64,000 bases of DNA from Octopus sinensis (taxonomy: Eukaryota): positions 33,046,001 through 33,110,000 of the forward strand of contig NC_043005.1 of the NCBI RefSeq assembly GCF_006345805.1. Direction: 5' to 3'. The stretch's first letter is position 1, and each line of letters starts with the position of its first letter. Shown in pieces: positions 38,823-50,637 of the stretch. The position numbers and the translations under genes were made by a program. Below the pieces are notes generated by a model, which did no database searches, was not told the origin of the DNA, and saw nothing but the letters and a program-made list of their open reading frames with translations.

Positions 38823-39681
38823 CAGACATGCAGGAAGTAAATAGACACCTTTAATTTTCAAAATCTTTTATTTAATACTCAAAGCTAGCAATTGAAATGT
38901 AATCGATAGGTAGGACTACATACTTTAGTATCTAGTTGACATTCCTTTAGCAGTTTTTCAGAAAATCTTTTTGGCATTGAACTGATGAACTTTGTGATTT
39001 TCTCTTGTGGAATTTCTGTCCACTTTTCACGCAACAATCGAAAAATTCATCTTTAGATTTAGGTTTCTGTCGAGTTTTTCGTATAGCTCTATCTAGTATG
39101 CTCCAAAGATTTTCAATTGGGTTCATGTCAGGAGATTGGCTCGGCCAAGGACACTTTTTGATCGCATTTTCAGTCAGCCATTGTTGATTCCTTTTCGCTG
39201 TGTGGCATAGAGCCCCATCTTCCATGAATAAAAACTCATTTTTCGTTATGTTATCGTGTGAACACATCGGAAGTAGTCCTTGCTTAAGTATTTCGATGTA
39301 CTTTCCAGAGTTTATGGTTCCAACACATTCGATCAGTTCAGAACGACCATTGCTTTCCGTGGGCTCAGGTCAACCGGAACGAGAATCTGTTGATTCTTTT
39401 CCTTGGATTTTGAATTGCACTATAATTTGAGGATTTTCGGCAATTCTTCGCTGGCTAAAGACCAGCCTCAGATTGACCAACAATACGACCTCTTTGAACA
39501 TCTGACAGTACCGCGGAATTTTTGGGGTGTGGCATGGTTAGTCTTCGCAGATGTTTAATATAATGGCACCTGGAATGAAAAAGAATAATTACATTGTAAA
39601 TTTTACACTGCGGATAATATATTAAGACGCTTAGATCAGAAATTTTGAAAATTAAAGGTATCTATTTACTTCCTGCATGTC

Positions 39682-39683
<2 letters not shown>
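38823..39683 (-). mobile_element. Internally deleted Tc1 (DD34E) transposon
   Basis: TIR cagacatgcaggaagtaaataga.acctttaattttcaaaat at both ends. FMEDGALCH...WPSQSPDMNPIEN has 34 spacing. The N-terminus (MPHPKNSAVLSDVQRGRIVG) joins near the second-D region, so the middle is missing. Confidence 0.88.
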
Positions 39684-39720
<37 letters not shown>

Positions 39721-40206
39721 ACAGAAAAAGAATGATGTCATTGGTAGTTCTAATCAGTTTAATTTATCAAGTTTTTAAATTTTTTATTAAGATAAATTTT
39801 ACACTTTAGTTCGTTGATTGTGTAAGTTCTTTGTTAATTTGGGTGGAGTGATTTTTAACAATAATCCCTAGTCAACTTTTCTGGAGAACTTTCTCACATT
39901 CGTTGTCAAACAGATCTGAGGGTTTGGGGCTTTGTGATTTTACATGTGGGATTTGGGTGTGTTTGAGTGGGGTTGGGGTTTGTTAATCAATGTGACAGTG
40001 AAAGCGTGTTGATGAATAAGAGCTGAAAGGAAATAGTGAATGGTGAAAACAAGATACTTGATAGGGGATGGAGTTGGGAGATGGTTTGAGAGGAGGTGGG
40101 GAGATCAAGCTAGCTCACACATTCACTTCTCTACATATAACAGACAAAAAGTTTATATATATATATACATCTCTCTCTCTTTCTCCCCCTCTCTCTCTAT
40201 ATATAT

Positions 40207-40251
<45 letters not shown>

Positions 40252-40343
40252 CATACACATATATACATAAATACACATATTTATCTACACACACATATAC
40301 ATACATACACACACGCATAGATGCATATATATATATATATATA

Positions 40344-40938
40344 TTAGAGAAAAACCACTATTATGCAATTCAAACAATGATAGACATAAACCAAATCATA
40401 AATAATAAATAAAATATATTTTTATAAAACATATAACTAGATCACAAAAAGTAGTAAAATGAATAATCAATATATAAGTAAAAAGCTACGTACGTTTCAT
40501 GGCTATAATTAAATTCGAATTACAATTAAATTTAAATTTAATCGAAAATCAATTCAATTTAAAATTATAGTCACTCTTGAGTTTCAAACTTAGTTAATGG
40601 AGTTTCTTCTATAAGAAAAAAATCATTATTTAATTTTTTTTAATAAATATTGTTTAACTCTATTTGCTTATTTATTTTACTATTATTGTTAACATGAAGA
40701 GTGACTATAATTTTATATTGAAATGATTTTCGATTAAATTTAAATTTAATTGTAATTCGAATTTAATTATAGCCATGAAACGTACGTAGTTTTTTTACTC
40801 ATTATATATTGATTATTCTTTTTTATACTATTTGTGATCTAGTTATATGCTTTATAAAAATATATTTTATTTTTTATTTATGATTTGGTTTATGTCTATC
40901 ATTGTTTGAATTGCATAATAATGTTTTTTTTCTCGAAT
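40344..40938. mobile_element. AT-rich fold-back element with ~240-bp inverted arms, each containing a hammerhead-like motif with an extended helix II
   Basis: Arms span 40344-40586 and 40691-40938. Right arm: aac-atgaaga-gtgactataatt...aattatagccat-gaaac-gtac-gta-gtt. Confidence 0.65.
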
Positions 40939-41034
40939 TTATATATCATATATTGATATTTTGAAATTTGATTTAATACTAAATTGAATTTTTCCCTGTA
41001 AGTTTGGAGTTGTACTCCCTAATATTATATACAT

Positions 41035-41109
<75 letters not shown>

Positions 41110-43434
41110 TCATATATATACACACATGCATGGATATACTCATACATACATACACATGTATATATGTATTCATACTCATGCATATATATATATACATACC
41201 CAGATATACACACACTCATATATACATACACATACATACACATATCCACACACAAATATCCCCTCCAGCTCACATGCACTCACACCTTCACACACGTACA
41301 GACACCACCACCATCATCATCATCATCGCCGCCCAACATCCGCTTTACATGTGGTCGCCAAACAACAACGATGATGATGATGATGATGAAAGCATGCGCA
41401 AATATATGGGCACATGTGAAACAGAAAAATACACATGCGTGGGTATGTGTGTGCATATTCATATTAATATGCATATATCCATACACGTGTATACATACAT
41501 GTATGCACATATGCGCATGTGTATGCATCACACCCGTATATTTACATATACCTACATACACATGCACACGCACGCACACACACACACCACACACACACAC
41601 ACACACATATGAACATATATGAACACACATATGAACAGCGCTACATTTTCACCGTGCGAACTGAAGCTCCTTTCGGGACTCAACACAAAATTCAGTGACA
41701 GTCTTCACGCACCTTTTTATAAAAACATTTTATTTTATTTCTTTTAATCATTTATATAATCTTCATTTCATTTGTTTTTTAATTCTCTATATTCTTTTAT
41801 TTTATTCTTATTTTTAATTTTAATTTTTAATTTGTATTTTTTAATATGTGTTTTTAATTTTTATTGTTAATTTGTGTTCTTAATTCAGTTTTTTAGCCAC
41901 ATACACGCACACACTCACACATACACACACATTCATATGCACGCACACACACACACTCATATATTCCGACGAAGAGACATGCTCTAAACATTAAAAACTC
42001 TCTCATTTCACCGACTGATACTTACTTTATCGACCCCAGAAGAATGAAAGGCGAAGTCGGCCACGATGGAATTTGAATTCAGAATGTAAGGCCGGACGAA
42101 ATACATCTTATGTAGTAATATTTGAGCAAGTAATATTAAATAAGTAATATTACGTTTTTAACTTGTAGCAGTCAACTTTTCTCAGAGATTGTTGATTTTC
42201 CAACATCTTGAATATGTCATATTCTAGTCTCTTCTGGAATCAAACTAGACAAACCAGTGATATAGTAGTTTGTTGAGTAAATTGCTATCAAGAATGCCTT
42301 CTATATGTTTCTTTTGAATTGTCTAAATATCTTGAGGAGTTGACAGCGGGGACAAGCAACATAAAAATCTAACACTAAATTCCTCATAGTTTAGCGTATA
42401 TACTTGATAAACCCACAAGAATTTTGGGGTTAGAGAGGTTATAGATGAGAAAATATTTCGGTCTATATTTGTGTGTTTGTGTATGTGTCAGTCTGTATGT
42501 CTCTGTGTTTGCGCATGTATATACGTGTACACACATGCACAGAGGTACTCAGATACATGCAGTGTATGTCTGGAATGGATAAGAGATTAACATTAAGATG
42601 GTGTTACATGAACTTGTTACTTAATATTTTCAATCCAAATCTCAAGTAATCCTTCACACGGCGTACATTTGTGTTTCTTCGCAGTTCCCGATGTTAGTTA
42701 CTTCACATCTATTTACTTCACTTTCAGAAGTTAACCTCTCGTATCTTTTGAAACGGCCAGAAACTACTCTGACTCTGGCGTTCAATTTCTCTGTTTACAT
42801 CGATATTGTTTCTGGAATATATGTTTTGTCAAAATTATTTTGCTTCGTATTTTATTGTAGAGGCTATTAACCTGCTCTTGAATGGTTATTAACCTACTGA
42901 AGCTAAATTCTGTTAATCCTGACGAAATAGCAATTTAAGTATTGTAGATGGCTGCAAATCTAGTGAAAATGGTTATTAATGCGTGGTTACTCACTCATGA
43001 TCTATATCAAAATAGGGAGACAGAAAAGAGGGAGAGAGAAAAAGAGGATAAGGCGAAGAGTGAGGTAGAAAGAGAGAGAAAGGAAAAAAGGGAAAGAGAA
43101 GCGTCAATGACATGTGGTAGGGGGAGTGTAATATCTATTACGTGGTTTAAAAAGTTAGTTGAAGGTAGTGATATAGAAGAGAATTAGGAATATAATATTA
43201 GCAGAGGGGTGATATTCTGATGGTGAGATTAAAGAAAGGCAGAGAGAGTGAGAGAAAGAGGGGAGAGAGAGAAAGAGAGGGAGAGAGATGATGGTCGTGG
43301 TGGTGGTGGTGGTGCTGGTGGTGCTGGTGGTGGTGGTGGTGCTGGTGGTGGTGCTGGTGCTGGTGCTGCTGGTGGCGGCGGCGATGGTGAGTGCATAGTG
43401 AAAAGTATTTTATTAAATTGAACTAAGTTTTTTA

Positions 43435-44218
43435 TCACTTAACGCAAGCGCATCTCATACCTGCCATTCACTTTAGAAAGAAACCAGTTTCCCGTTCACC
43501 TGTCATAGGCACTGGCTATAAATAAATCACAAGGGCAGGCATTTTATAAAGTGGCGCTGTTCTTGCCTGAACCTGTATTCGGTCATGGTCAGCTATATGT
43601 TGCATTCTCAAGGGCTCGCAAATTATCTGATGTAAGAGTTAAAGTTGTCAACACTGACAAACAAGGGAAAAGCAGAGGGAGAACTAACACGAAGAACATA
43701 GGCTTCAAAGAAGTATTGGATGGAAGGTGTATGCAAACTGAAAAGTGCATTGGCTCTGACTCCTCGCTTTGGCTTATAAATTACCAACGATGTGGTAATG
43801 TTGCATTAATTACCCCCCACCCTGTGAAACTGTGACCCCTATGTTTTACATATAAAGTATTTTTTTTATTATAAAAGTTTTGTTTTCTAGATAAGAAATT
43901 GTGACCATATAAATTTTAAAATGTAACTTTTCCTGTTTTGGGGGAAAATCGAAAACTAAAAGTAAATATTTATTTTATGAGTGCTGTGTATTAGGTCTAC
44001 AAAATTGTGCATAAATTATATAAAGTATATATATATAAAGTGCATTGAGTAATCATCGTATTCCAATTTCCTTCACTTTTCAATGAGTAGCACATGAGCG
44101 ACTATCTTTTCATAAAGATACAACACAGGCTACGCTTTCAGGTTTTTTGGATATATTTTTCAAGAATAATCCAAAAGGGTTGTTATTAATTCCGTGAAAT
44201 ATTCGTGGGTCCCGCTAG
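43435..44218 (+). mobile_element. Helitron 3' end including the PIF1-type helicase C-terminus
   Basis: QFPVHLS*ALAINKSQGQ, PEPVFGHGQLYVAFSR and TKNIGFKEVL. A terminal imperfect hairpin ccgtgaaatattcgtgg precedes CTAG|T at 44215-44218. Confidence 0.88.
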
Positions 44219-44754
44219 TTTTATATTAAACTGGAGGATAGCCTAAAATTTGTCAGTGTTTCTAGGTTTCAACCAGCAAAGCCATCATCACGCCTTCATC
44301 CTACTGGGGTCGATGAAATAAGTATCAGTCGAGAACTGTACATGCTGTAATCATTATTATTCACGATGTGGTAGTTTCAAGCAAATTTCTATTGCATCAC
44401 CTGCTACACCTCCGTGTCCCTGGGTTGTGTGCAGCATTGAGGTTCCTTTTGTTATTGGAGTGCAAACTCTTACAGGTATTGCACTGTGTCAGTTTGTTTT
44501 GTTATGGGATTTGGTTGCAGTGTTTTGTTGTATTAGTGTTTGTATTGTGTGTTGTGTGTGTAATGTGAGTTGTGTACTTCTGCTGGGTATGCGGCCTGTT
44601 GGTGGTTGTTTATTTTATTGGATATTCCAACGTCTATGACGTTAACCACTTTTTCATCTTTGTCGATAAGCACAATATCTGGCCGTCTCAACTTTATAAC
44701 CTAATCATATTGTATATTAATATCCTACAGAATTTTATATTTTTCTATTTTTGT

Positions 44755-44960
44755 CTTTTACATTTTACTTGTTTCAGTCATTAAACTGCAGATATGCTAG
44801 GTCACCATCTTGAAGAATTTTTAGTCGAATAAATCGATCCCAGTATTTTGTTAAAGCCTGGTATTTATGCTATCGATCTCTTTTCCGAACCGCTAATTTA
44901 CGGAGACGTAAACACACGATCACCGGTTTTCAAGCTGCAGTGGGGACAAGCACAAACACA
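44755..44960 (-). mobile_element. SINE family B, 3' half
   Basis: ttttacttgtttcagtcattaaactgcag...ccgaaccgctaa...gtaaacacac. Confidence 0.75.
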
Positions 44961-45874
44961 AAGACACACATACATATATATACACATATATATGTAAATA
45001 TGTATGTATGTATATATATATGTATATATATATGTGTGTGTATATATATATATATGCATACATACATTCATATACATAACATACACACGCACACACACAC
45101 ACAGATATATACATACATATATTTGTGTGTGTGCATATGCATGCGTGAATGTATCCGACAACTGAATACTAACGGTCAACTTTAGAAATTAAGATGTGCA
45201 GCCAGCCATGAAAAATAGAACAGAGATACAGCCAAATAGTAGAACATTTAAATACCAAGCAGTACCATATTCTACCATCCATAGCAGCCCGACAAACGCG
45301 CTCTCGCAGCACGCACCATGTGTATGCGAACCGCTTATAAATTCAAACCACGACAAACAGAAGAGATGGCCTTAAAGTAGATTTTAAATTAACGGAGACA
45401 ACACTCGTATATCGCCTGAGGAAACACAACTAGATCTCATTATGCAAACAAACAGTTGCATAATCAAGTGCCTGTATTCTTGGAGAACTATGTTGCGTTG
45501 AAACAATTGTAACGAATAATAAATAAATGCCCAACCTTACTCCTTTTTCCTGACTCCAATTTCTTCAATTTTATACATACATACATACATACATACAACC
45601 ATGAAGAGCAAATCAGCAGTACAAAGAAATAAAATACCATTCCCTTTAAAACGGCAACCACTTTAACAGTACCAGAATCACCATCCCACTACATCTACAC
45701 ATTCAAAACAGTCTCCCAACAGCCCTTCAGCAGCAATACACCCTGATAAACTAAGTAACTACTACTAAATTCAGGCCACGACAGACCGAAAGGATGTTCT
45801 TGAAGCAGAGGATTTTAAAGTTACGGAGACAAGATTTACATATCACCCGAGGAAACTCAACAAGATCTCATAAT

Positions 45875-46087
45875 CTTTTCTACTCGAGGCACAAAGCTCG
45901 AAAATTTTGGGGCGGGGGCCAGTCGATTAGATCGATCCCAGTACGCAACTGGCACTTAATTTATCGATCCCTGAAATGATGAAAGACAAAGTTGACCTCG
46001 GCGGAATTTGAACTCAACGTAAAGACAGACGAAATACCGCTAAGCATTTCGCCCGGCGTGCTAACGTTTCTGCCAGCTCGCCGCCTT
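45875..46087 (-). mobile_element. SINE family A, full-length with a 16-bp TSD
   Basis: Flanks aacaagatctcataat (45859-45874) and aactagatctcataat (46088-46103). Confidence 0.92.
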
Positions 46088-46518
46088 AACTAGATCTCAT
46101 AATGTAGGGAAAAAGTTGCTTAATCAAGTACCTGCACACCTGGAGAACTACTTTGCGTCGAAATAATTGTAGTGATTAAACGATAAATATCCAACCGTAC
46201 CCCTTTTTTTGTTACTCCAATTTTGGCAATTACCTATTCACACACGACAGATACCCAAACGCAAACCTGGAAGTACGTATAATATTACAACTGGATAGCA
46301 CAGGGTAAATCTGATTGTGGACGAGCTTTATACTGGATTATACTACGTTCTTTACAGAATATACCATATATATATAAATAAATATATGTGTCTTCTTTAG
46401 CCTCGGGTCGACCAAACCCTTGTGTGTGGATTTGCTAGACAGAAGCTGATAGAAGACCGTCGTATATATATATATATGTATATATATATGTGTGTATATA
46501 TATGTATATATATATATA

Positions 46519-46738
46519 TGGCAGAAACGTTAGCACGCCGGGCGAAATGCGTTGCCGTATTTCGTCTGCCGTTACGTTCCGAGTTCAAATTCCGCCGAGG
46601 TCGACTTTGCCTTTCATCCTTCCGGGGTCGATAAATTAAGTACCAGTTACGCACTGGGGTCGATGTAATCGACTTAATCCCTTTGTCTGTCCTTGTTTGT
46701 CTCCTCCGTGTTTAGCCCCTTGTGGGTAGTAAAGAAAT
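46519..46738 (+). mobile_element. SINE family A, young copy inside a (TA)n tract
   Basis: ggcagaaacgttagcacgccgggcg...gccccttgtgggtagtaaagaaata. Confidence 0.9.
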
Positions 46739-46755
46739 ATATATATATATATAAA

Positions 46756-48110
46756 TAGTAGGGTTACTTCTCTCTCGTTGGCTGTTCGTGATTGGAATAC
46801 ATGAGCACTCTGAAGCCCATTTTTGGTAAATCCTTCTGCATCAGCAGTATACTGTAGGTCTTGTTTACTGTTTACCAAATATTTTGTCATGTTTCTTCTT
46901 TCACTGTTAATGCACTCCCGTATGTTGATCAGCCCACGTCCACCTTTACCCCTCTTCATGTAGAGTCTGTGTACATTCACCTTAAGGTGAAGGGCACCGT
47001 GTATTGTCATTGTCTTTCTGGTAGTGCGATCGAGTTGATTAATCTCCACTTGTGTACATTTCAGGATAGGTGACTATAACGGACTACAGCAACAGTCTAT
47101 ATGTTGATGCCAGTCACAAGGTTCCTTGGGTTGAGTCTTGATTACAAGAGAAGTTTGAGGTGCTTCAAATATGCAGTTATGATCTTGTCTTTCATTTCTC
47201 TGTGCAAGATATTGTCCAGCTCCAGGATTCCAAAGTACTTATATCCATCATCATTCGGGTTTTCCATTCTCTCTCCTTTTGGGAATTCTATGCCCCTTTT
47301 CTGCTCTTTTCCCTCATTTCAAAGTAAACACCGCATCCCTTTTGTTCTACCGGAAGTAGATTATTTTCCTCATGGAACGTATATATTTTCTCGGAAAGGA
47401 TGCCTGTTAACACTTTCCATCGGAAGTTAAGACAAGCAATGGGTCGGTAATTGCCAACCTCATTGCCCTTTGACTGCTCTTTCATCAACAATGTTGTCTT
47501 TCTCTCGACAATCCACTCAGGAACTGCACCGCTTTGTAGACAATTGTCTAATTGTAACGCAATTTACTTGTGTGTTGACCTGAACCACTTGAATTCCGTC
47601 TGGTCCTGCCGCTTTCCAGTTTGGCAGTTTTGATACCCGTGCAATTACATCTTCCGTTGTTATGCACACATAGTCCTGTCGTGGAGCCTCCGGGTAATCT
47701 CACGGAATGAATCCATTCAGCGCCGTGGTTGTGGAAAACTTCTTGCCCCCAGATGTTATTCCAAAATTGGCGGGTTTCCTCTGTTTCAGGAGATATATTA
47801 TCTTCTGCATCTCCTCTTAAGTTCTTAAAAAGCTGCCATTGGTTATTTGAGAATAACCGGTATTGCTGGAACAGCAATATACGATCAGTGTAGCTTTGCA
47901 CCTTTAATGTTTTTGGCCGCACAAGTTGTTTTAGGGTTTCGATAACAGTTTTGAACCCTTTCTTTTCTATTTGGTATTTTGCGTCAAGATATGCCCTTGC
48001 ACCTTGTTTTAGCATTTTCTATTGCCCTCTGGACTATTCTATACGACTCAGATCTTTACACAAAGTTTTAATATCACCTTCAATTCCACCATGGCACCTT
48101 CTGTCCTGTT
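46756..48110 (-). mobile_element. R4/Dong-clade non-LTR retrotransposon, central fragment with the RT core deleted
   Basis: PWW, RQFWNNIW, NYRPIACL...LLPVEQKGC, GYKYFGILE and LDRTTRKTMTIHGALHLKVNVHRLYMKRGKGGRGLINI. The 5' side abuts (TAA)n, the known Dong target repeat. Confidence 0.85.
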
Positions 48111-48130
48111 ATTATTATTATTTTCTTCTT

Positions 48131-48235
<105 letters not shown>

Positions 48236-48242
48236 ATTTATA

Positions 48243-48450
48243 TGAAGGCTGCGAGGTGGTAGAATCGTTACCGCGCCGGGCAAAATGCTTAGCGTCCTTA
48301 GGTTCTGAGTTAAAAGGCAAAGGTCAGCTTTGCCTTTAATCCTTTCGGGGGTCGATAAATTAGGTACCAGTAAAACATTGGGGTTTGTTTAATCAAATAG
48401 TCTCCTCCTCACCAAATTTCAGGCCTTGTGCTTTTAGTAGAAAGGATTAT
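48243..48450 (+). mobile_element. SINE family A, diverged
   Basis: ggctgcgaggtggtagaatcgttaccgcgccgggcaaaatgcttagcg...ggccttgtgcttttagtagaaagg. Confidence 0.8.
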
Positions 48451-48468
48451 TATTATTATTATTATTAT

Positions 48469-48515
<47 letters not shown>

Positions 48516-48981
48516 AGAGCAGCACATGCCATCAAAAGTGACACTGGGGTACAAATATACGAAACCCATTAAATTCATCGCGACGACCCGTCTGATAACG
48601 GTACACCAGGCACATGTATAACAACCATATGCGCACGGTATAGCGCTCTCATATCAACATATATAGCACATGACCCTGCAGGAGGAGCCCAGTTGAAACT
48701 TACTCTTCTGAATGGTTTTGCTTATTGGTTACACGATTCACTGGCAGATTCATTCAGTCATTGGTCAAATAACGAAGCAAAAACGAACAGACGGCAATCC
48801 GATTTTAGATGTATGTAAGTAATGTTATAACAGATATCCCACAAAAACAAAACTTTCAAAACAGTATCATATGATAGCAACCGTCCTAGAGCTCGCTTCT
48901 GCTTTTTTGTTATTTTTTTCAGTAACTATTTCAAGCCAACAAAAAAAAAAAAAAAAAAAAAAAAAATATTCTATCAGCAAA

Positions 48982-49230
48982 TTAATGCGTTTATTTACAT
49001 AATTTATACTTGTTATTTCGACACACCTCAAATCAATTAGTAAAACTTAACATACATCAGACCGCTTAAATTACGATTTTTGGCAGGGAATATATAAAGT
49101 GCTTACCAGACCGTTTTCACTCAACCCGCTTGCGGATTTGTAGGTTTAATGAGAATCTTCAAAGATTAGCGTCTGATATACCATCAAAAGAAATGATATT
49201 GCCAAATAATTTGCTGTTTAAACCACAATG
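48982..49230 (+). repeat. Old interspersed repeat (~250 bp), with a second copy at 57723-57960
   Basis: ttaatgcgtttatttacataattta...aaaactta.c.tacatcag..cgcttaaattacg...tttaatgagaatcttc is shared by both copies. Confidence 0.75.
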
Positions 49231-49487
49231 TCTTATTAATTTACACCTCAAATTGTCACACATGTTCTCTGCTTTTACTGCTCATACATACATACGTGCC
49301 TTTATACATAGAGCCAGTTAGATATATATTAACCAAACATACCTGTATGCGTATAAAGACAGAAGCGTATATGTATACACACACACGCACTCACACACGC
49401 ACATATATGTACATGTATATATATATACAAACATACATACACAAACATATATATATACATACATACATACACACACACACATATCCT

Positions 49488-49890
49488 TTGAACTCTCTCT
49501 CCAAAGTACTTGTCGGTTATCGGACTCGTCCCCGTATTTAGCCTTGGATGGAGCTTACCACCCGTTTTGGGCTGCGTTCCCAAGCTTCCCGACTCTCGGG
49601 CCGATGAACACCGCCGATCGCCGCCGGCTCGGAATGGGCCTGGCACCCGCTCTGGGCAGCCCCGAAATCGAGGGTACTCCGAACCTAGCCGAGCGAAACG
49701 ATCAACCTTGCGTCACAATTCTCGACGACTGGCGCGGCCGACGAGATTCGGCTTTGGGCTTCTCCCGGTTCACTCGCCGTTACTTAGGGAATCCCGGTTG
49801 GTTTCTTTTCCTCCGCTTAGCGATATACTTAAGTTGAGCGGGTAATCTCGTCCGAGTCGAAGGCAGCACCCCCGGGCTGTTTCACGGTAC
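49488..49890 (-). rRNA. 28S: Isolated pseudogenic fragment of the 28S (LSU) rRNA 5' end
   Basis: Minus strand has conserved LSU motifs acccgct.aacttaag.atatc, gcggaggaaaagaaac, agtaacggcgagtgaa, ggtggtaagctccatc.aaggctaaata and gagagagttcaa. GC-rich against the background. No 18S, 5.8S or ITS nearby, and ~23 nt appear deleted internally. Confidence 0.92.
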
Positions 49891-50637
49891 ATATATTTGT
49901 GTGTGTACATATATGTTTTGGTCCCATTTTCAGCAAATTTCTTGTCTGTGCCCCCAGAGCGGAAGTAATATTATCGATAATCGCCGAAATTGCGCTTGAC
50001 CCTCTGACCGATAACTGAAGAGGAGCTGGTGCATTTCTGTGTTTTCTGTTCGTCTGTGTATTTAGTATATGCTCCTATTATTATTATTATTATTATTATT
50101 ATAATTATTATTATTATTATTGTTGCTGTTGTTGTTGTTGTTGTTGTTGTTGTCGTTGTTGTTGTTGTTGTCGTTGTTGTTGTTGTTGTCGTGTTGTTGT
50201 TGTTGTCGTTGTTGTTGTATGTATATATATATATATATATATATATACACAACAACATCAACGACAACAACAACAACAACAATAATAATAATATAATAAT
50301 AATAATAATATATATATATATATATACATTCATGTATGTCATATTTATGTAACGCACGCACTCATTATTTTTTTACCTATTTGTAGAAATTTTCTTGGAA
50401 TATTTTTGTATCACTCTGTCTCTTTCCTTTACTTTAGCTTCTCTTAATTTCCTTTCTCTCCCCCTCTCTCTCTCTCTCTCTCAACAAATTGTTGTTGTTG
50501 TTGTTGTTGTTGTATATATATATATATATATATATAATCAACAACAACAACGACGACGACAACAATAATAACAACAACAACAACAACAACAATAACAACA
50601 ATAATAATAATAATAATAATATATATATATATATATA

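Noticed and set aside
43229-43438. Proline/alanine-rich ORF
   Set aside because: (GGT/GCT)n repeat.
49488-49890. Functional rDNA unit
   Set aside because: Only ~400 bp, internally deleted, with no 18S or 5.8S, and embedded in microsatellites.
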